DNA of 34,862 nucleotides from Christensenellales bacterium (GCA_050945995.1 JBMNUA010000001.1:1-34862), one strand, 5' to 3'. Positions 7,491 through 15,676 are shown, counted from the first letter of the stretch. Numbers and translations: made by a program. The notes: generated from the letters alone by a model not told the origin.

Positions 7491-8776
7491 CGCAAACGAT
7501 CGACATCACAGGCATCGGCTCTGACATGCAGGGCGTGGGCAGGCTGGCGGACGAGCGCGCGGTGTTCGTCCCCGGCGCGCTGCCGGGCGAGCGCGTCACG
7601 GTGCGCATCACGCGCGATGCGGGCAGGTTTTGCGAGGCGGAGCTGACCAAAGTGCTCGCGCCGTCCGCGCATCGGATTGCGCCGAATTGCCCGCATGACG
7701 GGGCTTGCGGCGGCTGCCGGATTCGGCACGCCGCGTATGACCATACCCTCGAATTAAAACGCATGCGCGTGGTAGACGCGCTAACGCGCATCGCCGGCAT
7801 TGAATCGCCCGCGGTGCGCGAGACCATCGGCTGCGAAACCCCCGACCGCGCGCGCAACAAGGCGGAGTACCCCATCCGCAATGGCGTGATCGGCATGTTC
7901 GCGGCGGGCGGCGCGCGGCTCGTGCCGATTGAGGATTGCCTGCTGCAAAGCGCGCAGAGCGTCGCCATCATGCGGCGCGCCGCCGAACTCCTCAAGGGCT
8001 CGAATGTGTCGGGCTGGCTCGTCACGCGCACGAATGCGCAGGGCGACGGCATGGCGATATTGAGCGCACAGGGCAAGCCGCCCGCGTGGCTGGATCGGCT
8101 CGCGGAAATCCCCGGCGTGCGTTCTATATGGCATTGCGCGCTCAAGCCTCGACCGACGCATGCGCTCGACGGCGCGATGCACCATGTTTGCGGCGAGCGC
8201 ACCATCCGCGAGACGCTCTGCGGTCTGGATTTTGACATCTCCCCGCAGACCTTTTTTCAAGTGAATACTGCGCAGGCGGAAATTTTATATGAGCGCGCAC
8301 TGGATGCGGCGGGACTGACTGATGAAAGCCGCGTGCTCGACGCCTATTGCGGATGCGGCACGCTCACGCTCGCGGCGGCGAAATACGCTCAAAGCGCGCT
8401 CGGTGTGGAGATTGTCGCCCCGGCGATTTCGGACGCGCGCAAAAACGCCGCGCGCAACCGCCTTGACCATAAGACGCGCTTTGTCTGCGCCGATGCCGGC
8501 GCGGAGATCCCGCACCTCGTGCGCGCGGGCGAGATGTTCGACCGCGTGATCGTCGATCCGCCGCGCAAGGGATGCGATCCCGCGCTGATCGAAGCGCTTG
8601 GGCTTCTCAAGCCCGAACGCATCGCCTATGTCTCCTGCGATCCCGCCACGCTCGCGCGCGATGTCAAGCGGCTGCGCGCACATGGGTATGGTTTGGCTTG
8701 GGCGCAGCCGGTGGATATGTTCCCGTGGACGGGGCATGTGGAGTGTGTGGTGTTGATGTCGAGGGAGCGGTATTGA
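7487..8776 (+). CDS. rlmD: 23S rRNA (uracil-C5)-methyltransferase, RlmD/RumA family (TRAM domain, Fe-S cysteines, SAM methyltransferase)
   Basis: 429 aa. It has a TRAM-like N-terminus (GxG..FVPGALPGE.V), a Cys cluster (C..C.GC), the FFQVN motif, LDAYCG.G and a C-terminal VDPPR.G...YVSC. The ATGA overlaps the pfkA stop. Confidence 0.85.
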   Translation: MTQTIDITGIGSDMQGVGRLADERAVFVPGALPGERVTVRITRDAGRFCEAELTKVLAPSAHRIAPNCPHDGACGGCRIRHAAYDHTLELKRMRVVDALTRIAGIESPAVRETIGCETPDRARNKAEYPIRNGVIGMFAAGGARLVPIEDCLLQSAQSVAIMRRAAELLKGSNVSGWLVTRTNAQGDGMAILSAQGKPPAWLDRLAEIPGVRSIWHCALKPRPTHALDGAMHHVCGERTIRETLCGLDFDISPQTFFQVNTAQAEILYERALDAAGLTDESRVLDAYCGCGTLTLAAAKYAQSALGVEIVAPAISDARKNAARNRLDHKTRFVCADAGAEIPHLVRAGEMFDRVIVDPPRKGCDPALIEALGLLKPERIAYVSCDPATLARDVKRLRAHGYGLAWAQPVDMFPWTGHVECVVLMSRERY

Positions 8777-8968
8777 TTTTACTTGGATTGCACGACAACA
8801 GCTAAATTATCTACTCGACCTAGCGTGTGTCTCTGCGTTTAAGTAAAATGTCGATTGAATCCATCCTAACCGCGCAAGCGGCTTAGCGGTCGAAATGAAC
8901 ATTCGCAAGATTGTGTGAACAGAGCATATATCAAGCTTCTGGGCAAACCGTCATTTGGAGGAGCGAAT

Positions 8969-9490
8969 ATGAGTACACGGATAAAACTTGCCGAAACGGC
9001 GAAGGAAAAAGCACGATTACCTTTCCATGGTTTTATAGAAGGAAAAGAGTCAAATATTCAACCGATAGTCAGCCTCTTTCCGAAATGGAACATACAAAGC
9101 GCCGATAGAATGTGGTGTGCTGGATTTGTTTATTATTGCTGTATTGAAGCAGGTTTTAAGATACCATACAGTCCGAAAGGCTGTGTATCGTGCAGTCTTG
9201 CCGGATGCGGTGGTTGGGAAGAATTTGCGCTGAAAGATAGTAGAATTGAATATCATCCACGAAGTGATCATGATTTTACCCCTGCGGCTGGTGACATTGT
9301 TCTTTACGACCATGTCTTTATAAATCGCGAACATGACCATATCGGAATCGTACTGGAAGATAAAACTGATTCTATTATTGTAGCAGAAGGAAACACATAT
9401 AATGATAATATTTCACGAATTCTTGAGCGTAAGAAGAATGAACATATCCGGGCGTATATCCGCATACCAAATGGTTACTCCCAGGACTAA
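8969..9490 (+). CDS. CHAP-domain (cysteine/histidine-dependent amidohydrolase/peptidase) protein with no signal peptide
   Basis: 173 aa from the ATG at 8969, which is preceded by GGAGGAGCGAAT. The candidate catalytic Cys lies in MWCAGFVYYC, the His in HDHIGIVLE, and AEGN follows. The N-terminus is hydrophilic. The gene is AT-rich. Confidence 0.75.
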   Translation: MSTRIKLAETAKEKARLPFHGFIEGKESNIQPIVSLFPKWNIQSADRMWCAGFVYYCCIEAGFKIPYSPKGCVSCSLAGCGGWEEFALKDSRIEYHPRSDHDFTPAAGDIVLYDHVFINREHDHIGIVLEDKTDSIIVAEGNTYNDNISRILERKKNEHIRAYIRIPNGYSQD

Positions 9491-9597
9491 GATATGATTT
9501 ATTAAAACATCAATCTGACGGTCTCATTTTATGTGGAGTGTAAAGTGTTGAGGTGGACAGCTGAATCACAAGTATTCTGTAAAAGGAGATCACCGAA

Positions 9598-10437
9598 ATG
9601 ATGATTGAGAGATACTACGGCATATCACCTGACATCGTGCAGCAGTTGATCGCCGCAACTAAGAACAAAGTAAATGATAGAAGCGGAGACAACCGATTCA
9701 AATCAACAAAGGTATTTTTATTTGACGAGTATGCTGTGCTAAGCATGCAGAACATGGATGTGCGAAATGTCGAGGTAAAGGATGTGGATTACAAGCATCT
9801 CGGGCGGTTATGCGAAACACTACTCGATTTACATACACAAGGAGTTCACGTTTTGCCCATACGCGCATTCCAAAGTGAGAACGGAAGCGGCTACATGGTG
9901 CAGCAACGGGCGAAAGGCGCGGAATTATATGAAAGAGACAAGTTGCTCGACAAACATTATATCTTAGGGCACGTCGCGCTTTTATCAAACGCGCCGCAAG
10001 CGTACTATGATAAGTTTGTCGCCGATGCCATAGCGATTATGGAAAAAGGCGTGCTTATCGACTTTGTGGGAAAAGACAATTTCTTTTATCACGAAGAGAT
10101 CGGCTTTCAGTTCATTGACCTTTATGCACACAACGATTATGTATACGGATTAACCGACATTAAACCGAATATCAAACAATTGGCGGCGCGCAACTGTTTC
10201 ATACCATGCTATTTTGATGCTGTGCCGACGCATCGCGACACGGTATCGAACGTGCTGTCCGAGCTTACGGAATGCGAGTGGAAATTATTGAAACAGCAGA
10301 ACGCGACCATATTTACTAAGTGCAAAACAGCATTGATCAAAAACGGCGTAGCGGAAAAAATGATCGATAAAATCATTTCGGATGATGGATTTATCCCACA
10401 GAAACATCAATTGGGATTGGATCGGAATCATTCATAA
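9598..10437 (+). CDS. Hypothetical protein with weak protein-kinase-like/phosphotransferase-like motifs
   Basis: 279 aa. An AAGGAG ribosome-binding site lies 9 nt upstream. The gene is AT-rich. GYMVQQRAKGAEL is hinge-like, LIDFVGKDNFFY is catalytic-loop-like and FQFIDLY is DFG-like, but no clear Gly-rich loop is present. Function is unassigned. Confidence 0.6.
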   Translation: MMIERYYGISPDIVQQLIAATKNKVNDRSGDNRFKSTKVFLFDEYAVLSMQNMDVRNVEVKDVDYKHLGRLCETLLDLHTQGVHVLPIRAFQSENGSGYMVQQRAKGAELYERDKLLDKHYILGHVALLSNAPQAYYDKFVADAIAIMEKGVLIDFVGKDNFFYHEEIGFQFIDLYAHNDYVYGLTDIKPNIKQLAARNCFIPCYFDAVPTHRDTVSNVLSELTECEWKLLKQQNATIFTKCKTALIKNGVAEKMIDKIISDDGFIPQKHQLGLDRNHS

Positions 10438-10582
10438 AAGGATGCACTTCCTCAATTAAAACCGTAGATCCGCCGACGATCCGGTAGCAGTTCATGATCA
10501 TGTTTCACCCTCATGTCCGCCACGACCCGATCCAAAGCCTGCTCCCGCTCCAATGACGCCAAATCATCATCCGTCCCTGCCA

Positions 10583-10624
10583 TAAAACAAACGCGCCGTC
10601 AATCGATTGCATCAATTGACGGCG
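10583..10624 (-). terminator. Intrinsic terminator of ssrA
   Basis: On the minus strand, the hairpin CGCCGTCAATTGATGCAATCGATTGACGGCG (10-bp stem) is followed by CGTTTGTTTTAT. It starts 8 nt after the tmRNA CCA end. Confidence 0.7.
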
Positions 10625-10631
10625 TGTGATC

Positions 10632-10981
10632 TGGTGGAGGTGCGGGGAGTTGAACCCCGGTCCGAAAGCCAGACGGCAAGAGCTTCTCCGAGCGCATTCC
10701 ATTATTTTACATTCCCTCTGCCGCACCGCAATGGACAGCGTTACGGGTTCAGTAGCTTCATAAAATCCCACCCGCCGCAAAGCTTACGCGGGCTGGTTCC
10801 CTGCTTTTGCAGCGCCGATTGCCTACGCCGCAGGAGGCTTAGGGTCGACGTTCGCGGACTAAGCCGCGAAAGCTACGTTTTCGTAGTTGTCAGTTCAATT
10901 ATTGTTCCCGTTGTCAGGCGGTACAGGGCCGCCGCTCGCTACTCCAGCAATCCGAACCCCCGTCGAAACCAGTACACCCCC
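10632..10981 (-). ncRNA. ssrA: tmRNA (SsrA)
   Basis: The reverse complement starts GGGGGTGTACTGGTTTCGACGGGG and ends GGACCGGGGTTCAACTCCCCGCACCTCCACCA. The acceptor GGGGGTG/CACCTCC includes the G3:U pair. The internal tag frame reads ...GAC AAC TAC GAA AAC GTA GCT TTC GCG GCT TAG (DNYENVAFAA*). It lies directly downstream of smpB. Confidence 0.95.
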
Positions 10982-10996
10982 ATGTGTGCGGCGGGG

Positions 10997-11458
10997 TTAC
11001 CCCCTGCCCGCGAAGGCGCGCTCGATGTCGCGGTCCGTGTCGCGCTTTGCCATGTCGTCGCGCTTGTCGTAGAGCTTCTTTCCCTTGCAGAGCGCGATTT
11101 CCATCTTCATCCTACCATCTTTCAGGTACACGCTCAGCGGGATGATCGAAAACCCCTTCTGCATCACATCCGCCTGCAACCTGCGTATCTCATGCTTGTG
11201 CATGAGAAGCCTTTTGGGTCTGAGCGGATCGGTGTTCGCGTAACTGCCCTTCTCGTAGGGGCTGATGTGCATGTTCTGCACATATAGCTCGCCGCCGCGC
11301 ACGGCGACGAAGCTGTCGGCGAGGTTGCACTTGCCAAGGCGTATGGATTTGACCTCCGTGCCCTTCAACTCAACGCCCGCCTCCCAGGTCTCCAATACGA
11401 AGTAGTCGTGCCGCGCGCGGCGATTCCGGGCGACGACCTTGACGCCAGTCTGCCGCAT
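10997..11458 (-). CDS. smpB: SsrA-binding protein SmpB
   Basis: 153 aa from the ATG at 11458 (GGAGGG 6 nt upstream). Motifs include NRRARHDY, ETWEAG.EL.GTEVKS, PRKLL.HK.EI and the conserved C-terminal tail. Confidence 0.93.
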   Translation of the reverse strand: MRQTGVKVVARNRRARHDYFVLETWEAGVELKGTEVKSIRLGKCNLADSFVAVRGGELYVQNMHISPYEKGSYANTDPLRPKRLLMHKHEIRRLQADVMQKGFSIIPLSVYLKDGRMKMEIALCKGKKLYDKRDDMAKRDTDRDIERAFAGRG

Positions 11459-11493
11459 GCAACGCCCTCCTCGTTTCGATCCCTTGGACAATC

Positions 11494-11522
11494 AGTATAC
11501 CACAACCGCGCCCCGGTGTAAA
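11494..11522 (-). promoter_or_regulatory. Putative promoter for smpB-ssrA
   Basis: The minus strand reads TTTACA-17 nt-TATACT with a TGG extended -10 element, about 35 nt upstream of the smpB ATG. Confidence 0.45.
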
Positions 11523-11541
11523 GACGCGCCACTGTCAAAAA

Positions 11542-12585
11542 TTACCAAAACGATGCGGGCAATAACTTGCGAAACGCCGTCGGCAGCGCATATCGATGCG
11601 CAATCTCCTCCTCGTCCGCCCATAGAAAATCTTCAGCGCGCGCGCCGCAATCGATGAGATAGCATGTCATCCGCCATTCGATGTGCGTAAACACATGCTC
11701 TTTTTGCCCCGCGCTTGAGATCGTAATCGGCGATGCGCCCCAATCCTCCGCCACCGCCCATGCCTGCTTCTCGCCCAGCATGCCCTGCGCATGCGGCAGC
11801 TCCCATAACCCGGCAAGCAGCCCGCGCTTCTCCCGCTTCCGAATCGCAAGCGCATCGCCGCAGCGCAGCATGAAAACCGTCATCTCCTCGACGCGCCGCT
11901 TTTTCTTCTCCGATTTCACGGGAAACGCCGCGATCGCATCGTTTTGATAAGCAAAGCACATCGCCGCCACCGGGCAGTTTTCGCATTTAGGCTGCCCGTT
12001 TGGCAGACAGACCGTCGCGCCCAGCTCGATCAGTCCCTGCGTAAACTCGCTCGTCTGATCCGCAGGATAGATACGCGAAAGCGCGTCCGCGATCATCCGC
12101 TTCGTCTTTTCAAGATCAATCGCCTCCGAAACCCCCGCGATGCGCGCGATCACCCGCAGCACGTTCCCGTCCACCGCCGGCGTCGGCAACCCAAAACAAA
12201 TCGACGCAATCGCGCCCGCCGTGTACGCGCCGACGCCCGGCAGTTTGAGCAGCGCATCATAACTATCCGGAAACGCACCGCCGTATTCGGAAACGATCAT
12301 CTGCGCCGCCCGCATCAAGTTACGCGCGCGGCTGTAATACCCAAGCCCTTCCCAGAGCTTGAGAAGCCGCGCCTCGTCAAGCGCCGCGAGCGCATAGACA
12401 TCGGGCGCTTCCGCCAGAAAGCGTTCGTAATACCCCTTCACCGTTTCGACCCGCGTTTGCTGCAGCATGATCTCCGAAATCCACACGCGATACGGATCGG
12501 CGTCGCGCCGCCAGGGGAGTGGGCGCGCATGCTTCTCAAACCATTCCGGCAGGATCGCGGCAATCGCCGGATCAAGCGCAATCAT
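11542..12585 (-). CDS. mutY: A/G-specific adenine DNA glycosylase MutY
   Basis: 347 aa. It shows W....R.LPWR...DPY.VW.SEIMLQQT, an HhH-GPD motif, a 4Fe-4S Cys cluster (C..C.....C) and a C-terminal NUDIX-like domain. Confidence 0.92.
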   Translation of the reverse strand: MIALDPAIAAILPEWFEKHARPLPWRRDADPYRVWISEIMLQQTRVETVKGYYERFLAEAPDVYALAALDEARLLKLWEGLGYYSRARNLMRAAQMIVSEYGGAFPDSYDALLKLPGVGAYTAGAIASICFGLPTPAVDGNVLRVIARIAGVSEAIDLEKTKRMIADALSRIYPADQTSEFTQGLIELGATVCLPNGQPKCENCPVAAMCFAYQNDAIAAFPVKSEKKKRRVEEMTVFMLRCGDALAIRKREKRGLLAGLWELPHAQGMLGEKQAWAVAEDWGASPITISSAGQKEHVFTHIEWRMTCYLIDCGARAEDFLWADEEEIAHRYALPTAFRKLLPASFW

Positions 12586-12941
12586 TCGACGCTTTCAACA
12601 AATTGGATCTTCAGCCCGTCGGGATCGCGCACAAAGAAGAAGCGCACGTTCGGATTCGGTTGGAACGGACCGCTGTCGATCGCGATGCCATGCTCCTTCA
12701 CAAACGCCATTTTTTCCTCGACGGAATCAACCGCGAATCCAAGCGAGATGTCCTTGCCCATGTCCGCCGGCTCGCCCTCGGCGATCAACTCCACCTCGCT
12801 GCCCTCGCTGCCCAAAAACACGATCTGAGGACCGCCCGGCGCGCCGTGCCGCCTTCGAACCGCAAGCCCTACAATTTCCGTGTAAAATCGGATCGATTCT
12901 TCGATATCCCGCACATGCAGCGTGCACCAGCAAAATTTCAT
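12582..12941 (-). CDS. VOC/glyoxalase-family protein (lactoylglutathione lyase-like)
   Basis: 119 aa from the ATG at 12941 (GGAGGA 7 nt upstream). It has H.....D.E.S..FY and a C-terminal F.DPDG..I.F. The ATGA overlaps the mutY start. Confidence 0.8.
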   Translation of the reverse strand: MKFCWCTLHVRDIEESIRFYTEIVGLAVRRRHGAPGGPQIVFLGSEGSEVELIAEGEPADMGKDISLGFAVDSVEEKMAFVKEHGIAIDSGPFQPNPNVRFFFVRDPDGLKIQFVESVE

Positions 12942-13077
12942 ACTCGAATCCTCCGCGCAATATTTCTCGTCAAACCAGTATACCACCGCGCGCACGACAG
13001 CGTCAATCCGCGCATTTTGCAGGAAAATCGCCTCGCGCGTCGAAATTGTATTTGGATTTCATATTGGAGGTCACGGC

Positions 13078-13911
13078 ATGAAACGGAATCGGGCGGACTG
13101 GATACTGCGCTTCGTGAAGGGGATATTCATCGGCAGCGGGTTTATATTGCCCGGGGTGAGCGGCGGCGCGCTCGCCGCCGTGTTCGGTATCTACGAACGG
13201 CTCATCTCCTTCCTTTCCAATATCACAAAGGATTTTATAAAGAACTTTCGCTTTTTCCTGCCCGTGGGCTTGGGCGCGTGCGCGGGCATCTTCGCGCTCT
13301 CATTTTTGGTCAGCTACGCCTTCGGCAGCGCGGAGGTATACGTCATCTGGTTTTTCATCGGCTGTGTGGTCGGCATGGCGCCCGCGCTCATCCGCCAATC
13401 GGGCAAGCGGGGGAGAAAGCCCCTGCACATCGCGCTGATGCTCGCCGTCACCGCGGGCGCATACCTGCTGCTCCGCGCGCTCGCGGCGGCTGAAATCGCC
13501 AGCCTCCCGCAGAACATGCTCACATGGCTGCTCGCGGGCGGCATCATCGGGCTGGGCGTGATCGTGCCCGGGCTCTCGCCCTCCAACCTGCTCGTCTACA
13601 TGGATCTGTATAAGCCCATGGCGGACGGCATCAAGGACATGCAGTTTCCCGTGATCCTGCCCCTTGTCCTCGGCGCGTTCGGCTGCGTGGTGCTCCTGTC
13701 AAAGCTCATGAGCTATATCTTCTCAAGGGCGTATGCCGCGCTCTATCACATCATCCTCGGCGTGGTGTTCGCCTCGACGCTTGCCATCATCCCCTTTGAT
13801 TTCGCGTACCTAGGTCTGGGCGGTCTGTACTGCCTGCTCGCCTGCGCGGCGGGCGCAGCGCTCGCCTACGGCATGAGCATGCTCGAGGGCAAATACGTCC
13901 CCGAGGACTGA
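13078..13911 (+). CDS. DUF368-family polytopic membrane protein. This family has recently been linked to undecaprenyl-phosphate recycling.
   Basis: 277 aa from the ATG at 13078 (GGAGGT 7 nt upstream). It has KG..IG.G..LPGVSGG..A...G.YE and a second PG.S.S repeat. It is very hydrophobic. Confidence 0.8.
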   Translation: MKRNRADWILRFVKGIFIGSGFILPGVSGGALAAVFGIYERLISFLSNITKDFIKNFRFFLPVGLGACAGIFALSFLVSYAFGSAEVYVIWFFIGCVVGMAPALIRQSGKRGRKPLHIALMLAVTAGAYLLLRALAAAEIASLPQNMLTWLLAGGIIGLGVIVPGLSPSNLLVYMDLYKPMADGIKDMQFPVILPLVLGAFGCVVLLSKLMSYIFSRAYAALYHIILGVVFASTLAIIPFDFAYLGLGGLYCLLACAAGAALAYGMSMLEGKYVPED

Positions 13912-13986
13912 TCCATCCGCCGCCCGCCCACGCGCATGGAACGACGCGTAGCGCGCATAGACTTTCTGTGCAAGGCGGTGTTTTTT

Positions 13987-15039
13987 ATGAAGAAATTGCC
14001 AAGGGAGCTCGCGGCGGCATGTGCGGTCAACGCGGTGGTGGCGGGCGCGGCGTTCTCGTCCGGGCGCGAGGTCGCGTCGTTCTTTGCGTGCGTCGGTTGG
14101 GCGTCGTGGATTGCGGTGCTCGTCGCGGGCGCGCTGTTCGGCACGCTCATGGGCATGCTCTGCCATTTCGCGATATCGACCGGCGCGCGCAATCTCCCCG
14201 GCATCTACTATAAGAAGCTGGATTCGCGCTGCGGCGATGCGATGGGCGTGGTTCACGCGCTGCTCATGCTGATGATGGGCGCGGTAGCGCTGAGCACGGC
14301 GGGGGAGCTGGGGATGTTCTATTTGGACGGCGATCGCGCCTACCTCGTCTCCGCGGGGCTTGCGCTCGTCACAGCGCTCCTGCTCACATACCGCGGCATG
14401 CGCCCGCTCGCGACGCTGGGCGTGGTGATCACGCCGCTGTTTCTGTTGTTCTTCCTCGCGCTTGCAATCGATCCGCGCCCGCCGCGCGCGGGCGTGTACC
14501 TCGAGGAATCGCTGTTTGATCTGCGCGGGAACATCCCCGTCGCAATCGTCCTGGGCGCGCTGTTCGCCTTCCTCAAGGCGGCGATGGCGGGCGGCATCGC
14601 CGCCGCGCGCGCGCGCGGACTCAAGCCGGTTCGCTTCGGCATCGCCTGCGGCGCGCTCCTTGCCGCGATGGCGGCGTCGCTTAACTGGGCGCTGCAGCGC
14701 GCGGGGCAGGAGTTGTGGGCGCTCAACCTGCCCACGGTGGTGCTCGCCGCCCGTTGGGGCGTGGTGGGGTATTATATCAGCATCTATGTCATGTGGCTGG
14801 GCTGCGCCTCCGTCCTCGCCTGCGCGATCGGGTCGATCATGTCGCTGTTCTCCGCCTCCGTCAGCCGCCCCGCCTGCGCGTTTTTCACGGCTTCCGCCAT
14901 TTCCGTGATGAGCACAACGGGGCTGATGGGGCTCGTCGGCGTCGGATACCCCATGCTCGGCTGGATCTGCGCCATCTCGCTCGGCGCGCTCGCCGTTTTC
15001 TACGAAAAAAGGAAGCGATTGCCCGCTCCGGCGCAGTAA
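13987..15039 (+). CDS. YkvI-like polytopic membrane protein (transporter-like), function unknown
   Basis: About 350 aa and hydrophobic throughout. The N-terminal GAAFSSGREVASFF resembles the YkvI-family G.(A/G)F.SG.E...FF motif. The start is uncertain: ATG 13987 is favoured, and ATG 13936 is the alternative. Confidence 0.55.
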   Translation: MKKLPRELAAACAVNAVVAGAAFSSGREVASFFACVGWASWIAVLVAGALFGTLMGMLCHFAISTGARNLPGIYYKKLDSRCGDAMGVVHALLMLMMGAVALSTAGELGMFYLDGDRAYLVSAGLALVTALLLTYRGMRPLATLGVVITPLFLLFFLALAIDPRPPRAGVYLEESLFDLRGNIPVAIVLGALFAFLKAAMAGGIAAARARGLKPVRFGIACGALLAAMAASLNWALQRAGQELWALNLPTVVLAARWGVVGYYISIYVMWLGCASVLACAIGSIMSLFSASVSRPACAFFTASAISVMSTTGLMGLVGVGYPMLGWICAISLGALAVFYEKRKRLPAPAQ

Positions 15040-15095
15040 TCGGGGCGTCCGGTACAAAATACCACCCGTTTTCGCGTAAAATTTTAGAAAACCGG

Positions 15096-15124
15096 TTGTA
15101 TGTATCGCCGAAATGCGGTATAAT
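15096..15124 (+). promoter_or_regulatory. Sigma-A promoter of rplM-rpsI
   Basis: TTGTAT-17 nt-TATAAT. It leaves a leader of about 100 nt before the rplM start. Confidence 0.55.
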
Positions 15125-15228
15125 ACATTTTGTGTCAATCCGCTCACTAGCCCCGAGCGCGAATGATGGCTGAACGCGCCCTGACCAAGCGCAATCGGCA
15201 TGCATCGTTAAATTGGGAGGAATATCTT

Positions 15229-15660
15229 GTGAGTACTTATATGGCAAATCCTCAAACCGTCGAGCGCAAATGGTATGTGATCGACGCCGAGGATATGGTG
15301 CTGGGCCGCCTTGCTTCCCAGGTCGCTTCGATCCTGCGCGGCAAGAACAAGCCCACCTTTACGCCTCATTGCGATTGCGGCGATCATGTTATCATCGTCA
15401 ACGCCTCCAAGATCAAGCTTACCGGAAAAAAGCTCGATCAGAAAATGTACTACTATCATACGGGCTATCCGGGCGGGCTGAAAGAAGTTCCCTACCGCAA
15501 GCTCATGGCGAACAAGAGCGAGTTTGCGTTCCGCGAGGCGGTGCGCAGGATGCTGCCCAAGGGTCCTCTCGGCTACAAGACGCTCAAGAAGTTGCACGTC
15601 TACGCCGGACCCGAGCACGAGCAGCAGGCGCAGAAGCCCGAAATACTGGTTCTGAAGTAA
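15229..15660 (+). CDS. rplM: 50S ribosomal protein L13
   Basis: 143 aa from the GTG at 15229 (GGGAGG 8 nt upstream). ATG 15241 is an alternative start. Motifs include ERKWYVIDA....LGRLAS..A..LRGK.KP.(F/Y)TPH.D.GD.VI(I/V)N. Confidence 0.92.
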   Translation: MSTYMANPQTVERKWYVIDAEDMVLGRLASQVASILRGKNKPTFTPHCDCGDHVIIVNASKIKLTGKKLDQKMYYYHTGYPGGLKEVPYRKLMANKSEFAFREAVRRMLPKGPLGYKTLKKLHVYAGPEHEQQAQKPEILVLK

Positions 15661-15676
15661 GGGAGGAGGACGGAAA

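Noticed and set aside
10453-10581. 43-aa minus-strand ORF (MAGTDDDLASLEREQALDRVVADMRVKHDHELLPDRRRIYGFN) just downstream of the ssrA terminator
   Set aside because: The ATG sits directly in the terminator T tract with no ribosome-binding site. The ORF is too short and has no recognisable motif. It may be a decayed gene fragment at the island boundary, but the sequence alone does not support that.
8777-10631. att-type direct repeat of the tmRNA 3' end flanking the AT-rich islet
   Set aside because: I looked for a second copy of the ssrA 3' segment (GGAGTTGAACCCCGGTCC...) near 8777-8900 and found only a weak resemblance (GATTGAATCCATCC). That is not enough to call an att site by eye. It needs a computed alignment.
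10607-11287. 226-aa plus-strand ORF
   Set aside because: It spans the tmRNA gene on the opposite strand and continues antisense into smpB. It is incompatible with two strongly supported features.
11944-13493. Two long plus-strand ORFs (294 aa and 324 aa) across the mutY/VOC region
   Set aside because: They lie antisense to mutY and the VOC gene. Their composition is Arg/Pro-rich. The real plus-strand gene (DUF368) starts only at 13078, where a good ribosome-binding site is present.
13810-15201. 463-aa minus-strand ORF, the longest ORF in this part of the window
   Set aside because: It lies antisense to the DUF368 and YkvI-like membrane genes. The translation is extremely Arg/Ala/Gly/His-rich and low-complexity, which is typical of shadow ORFs in GC-rich DNA. 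It has no ribosome-binding site.
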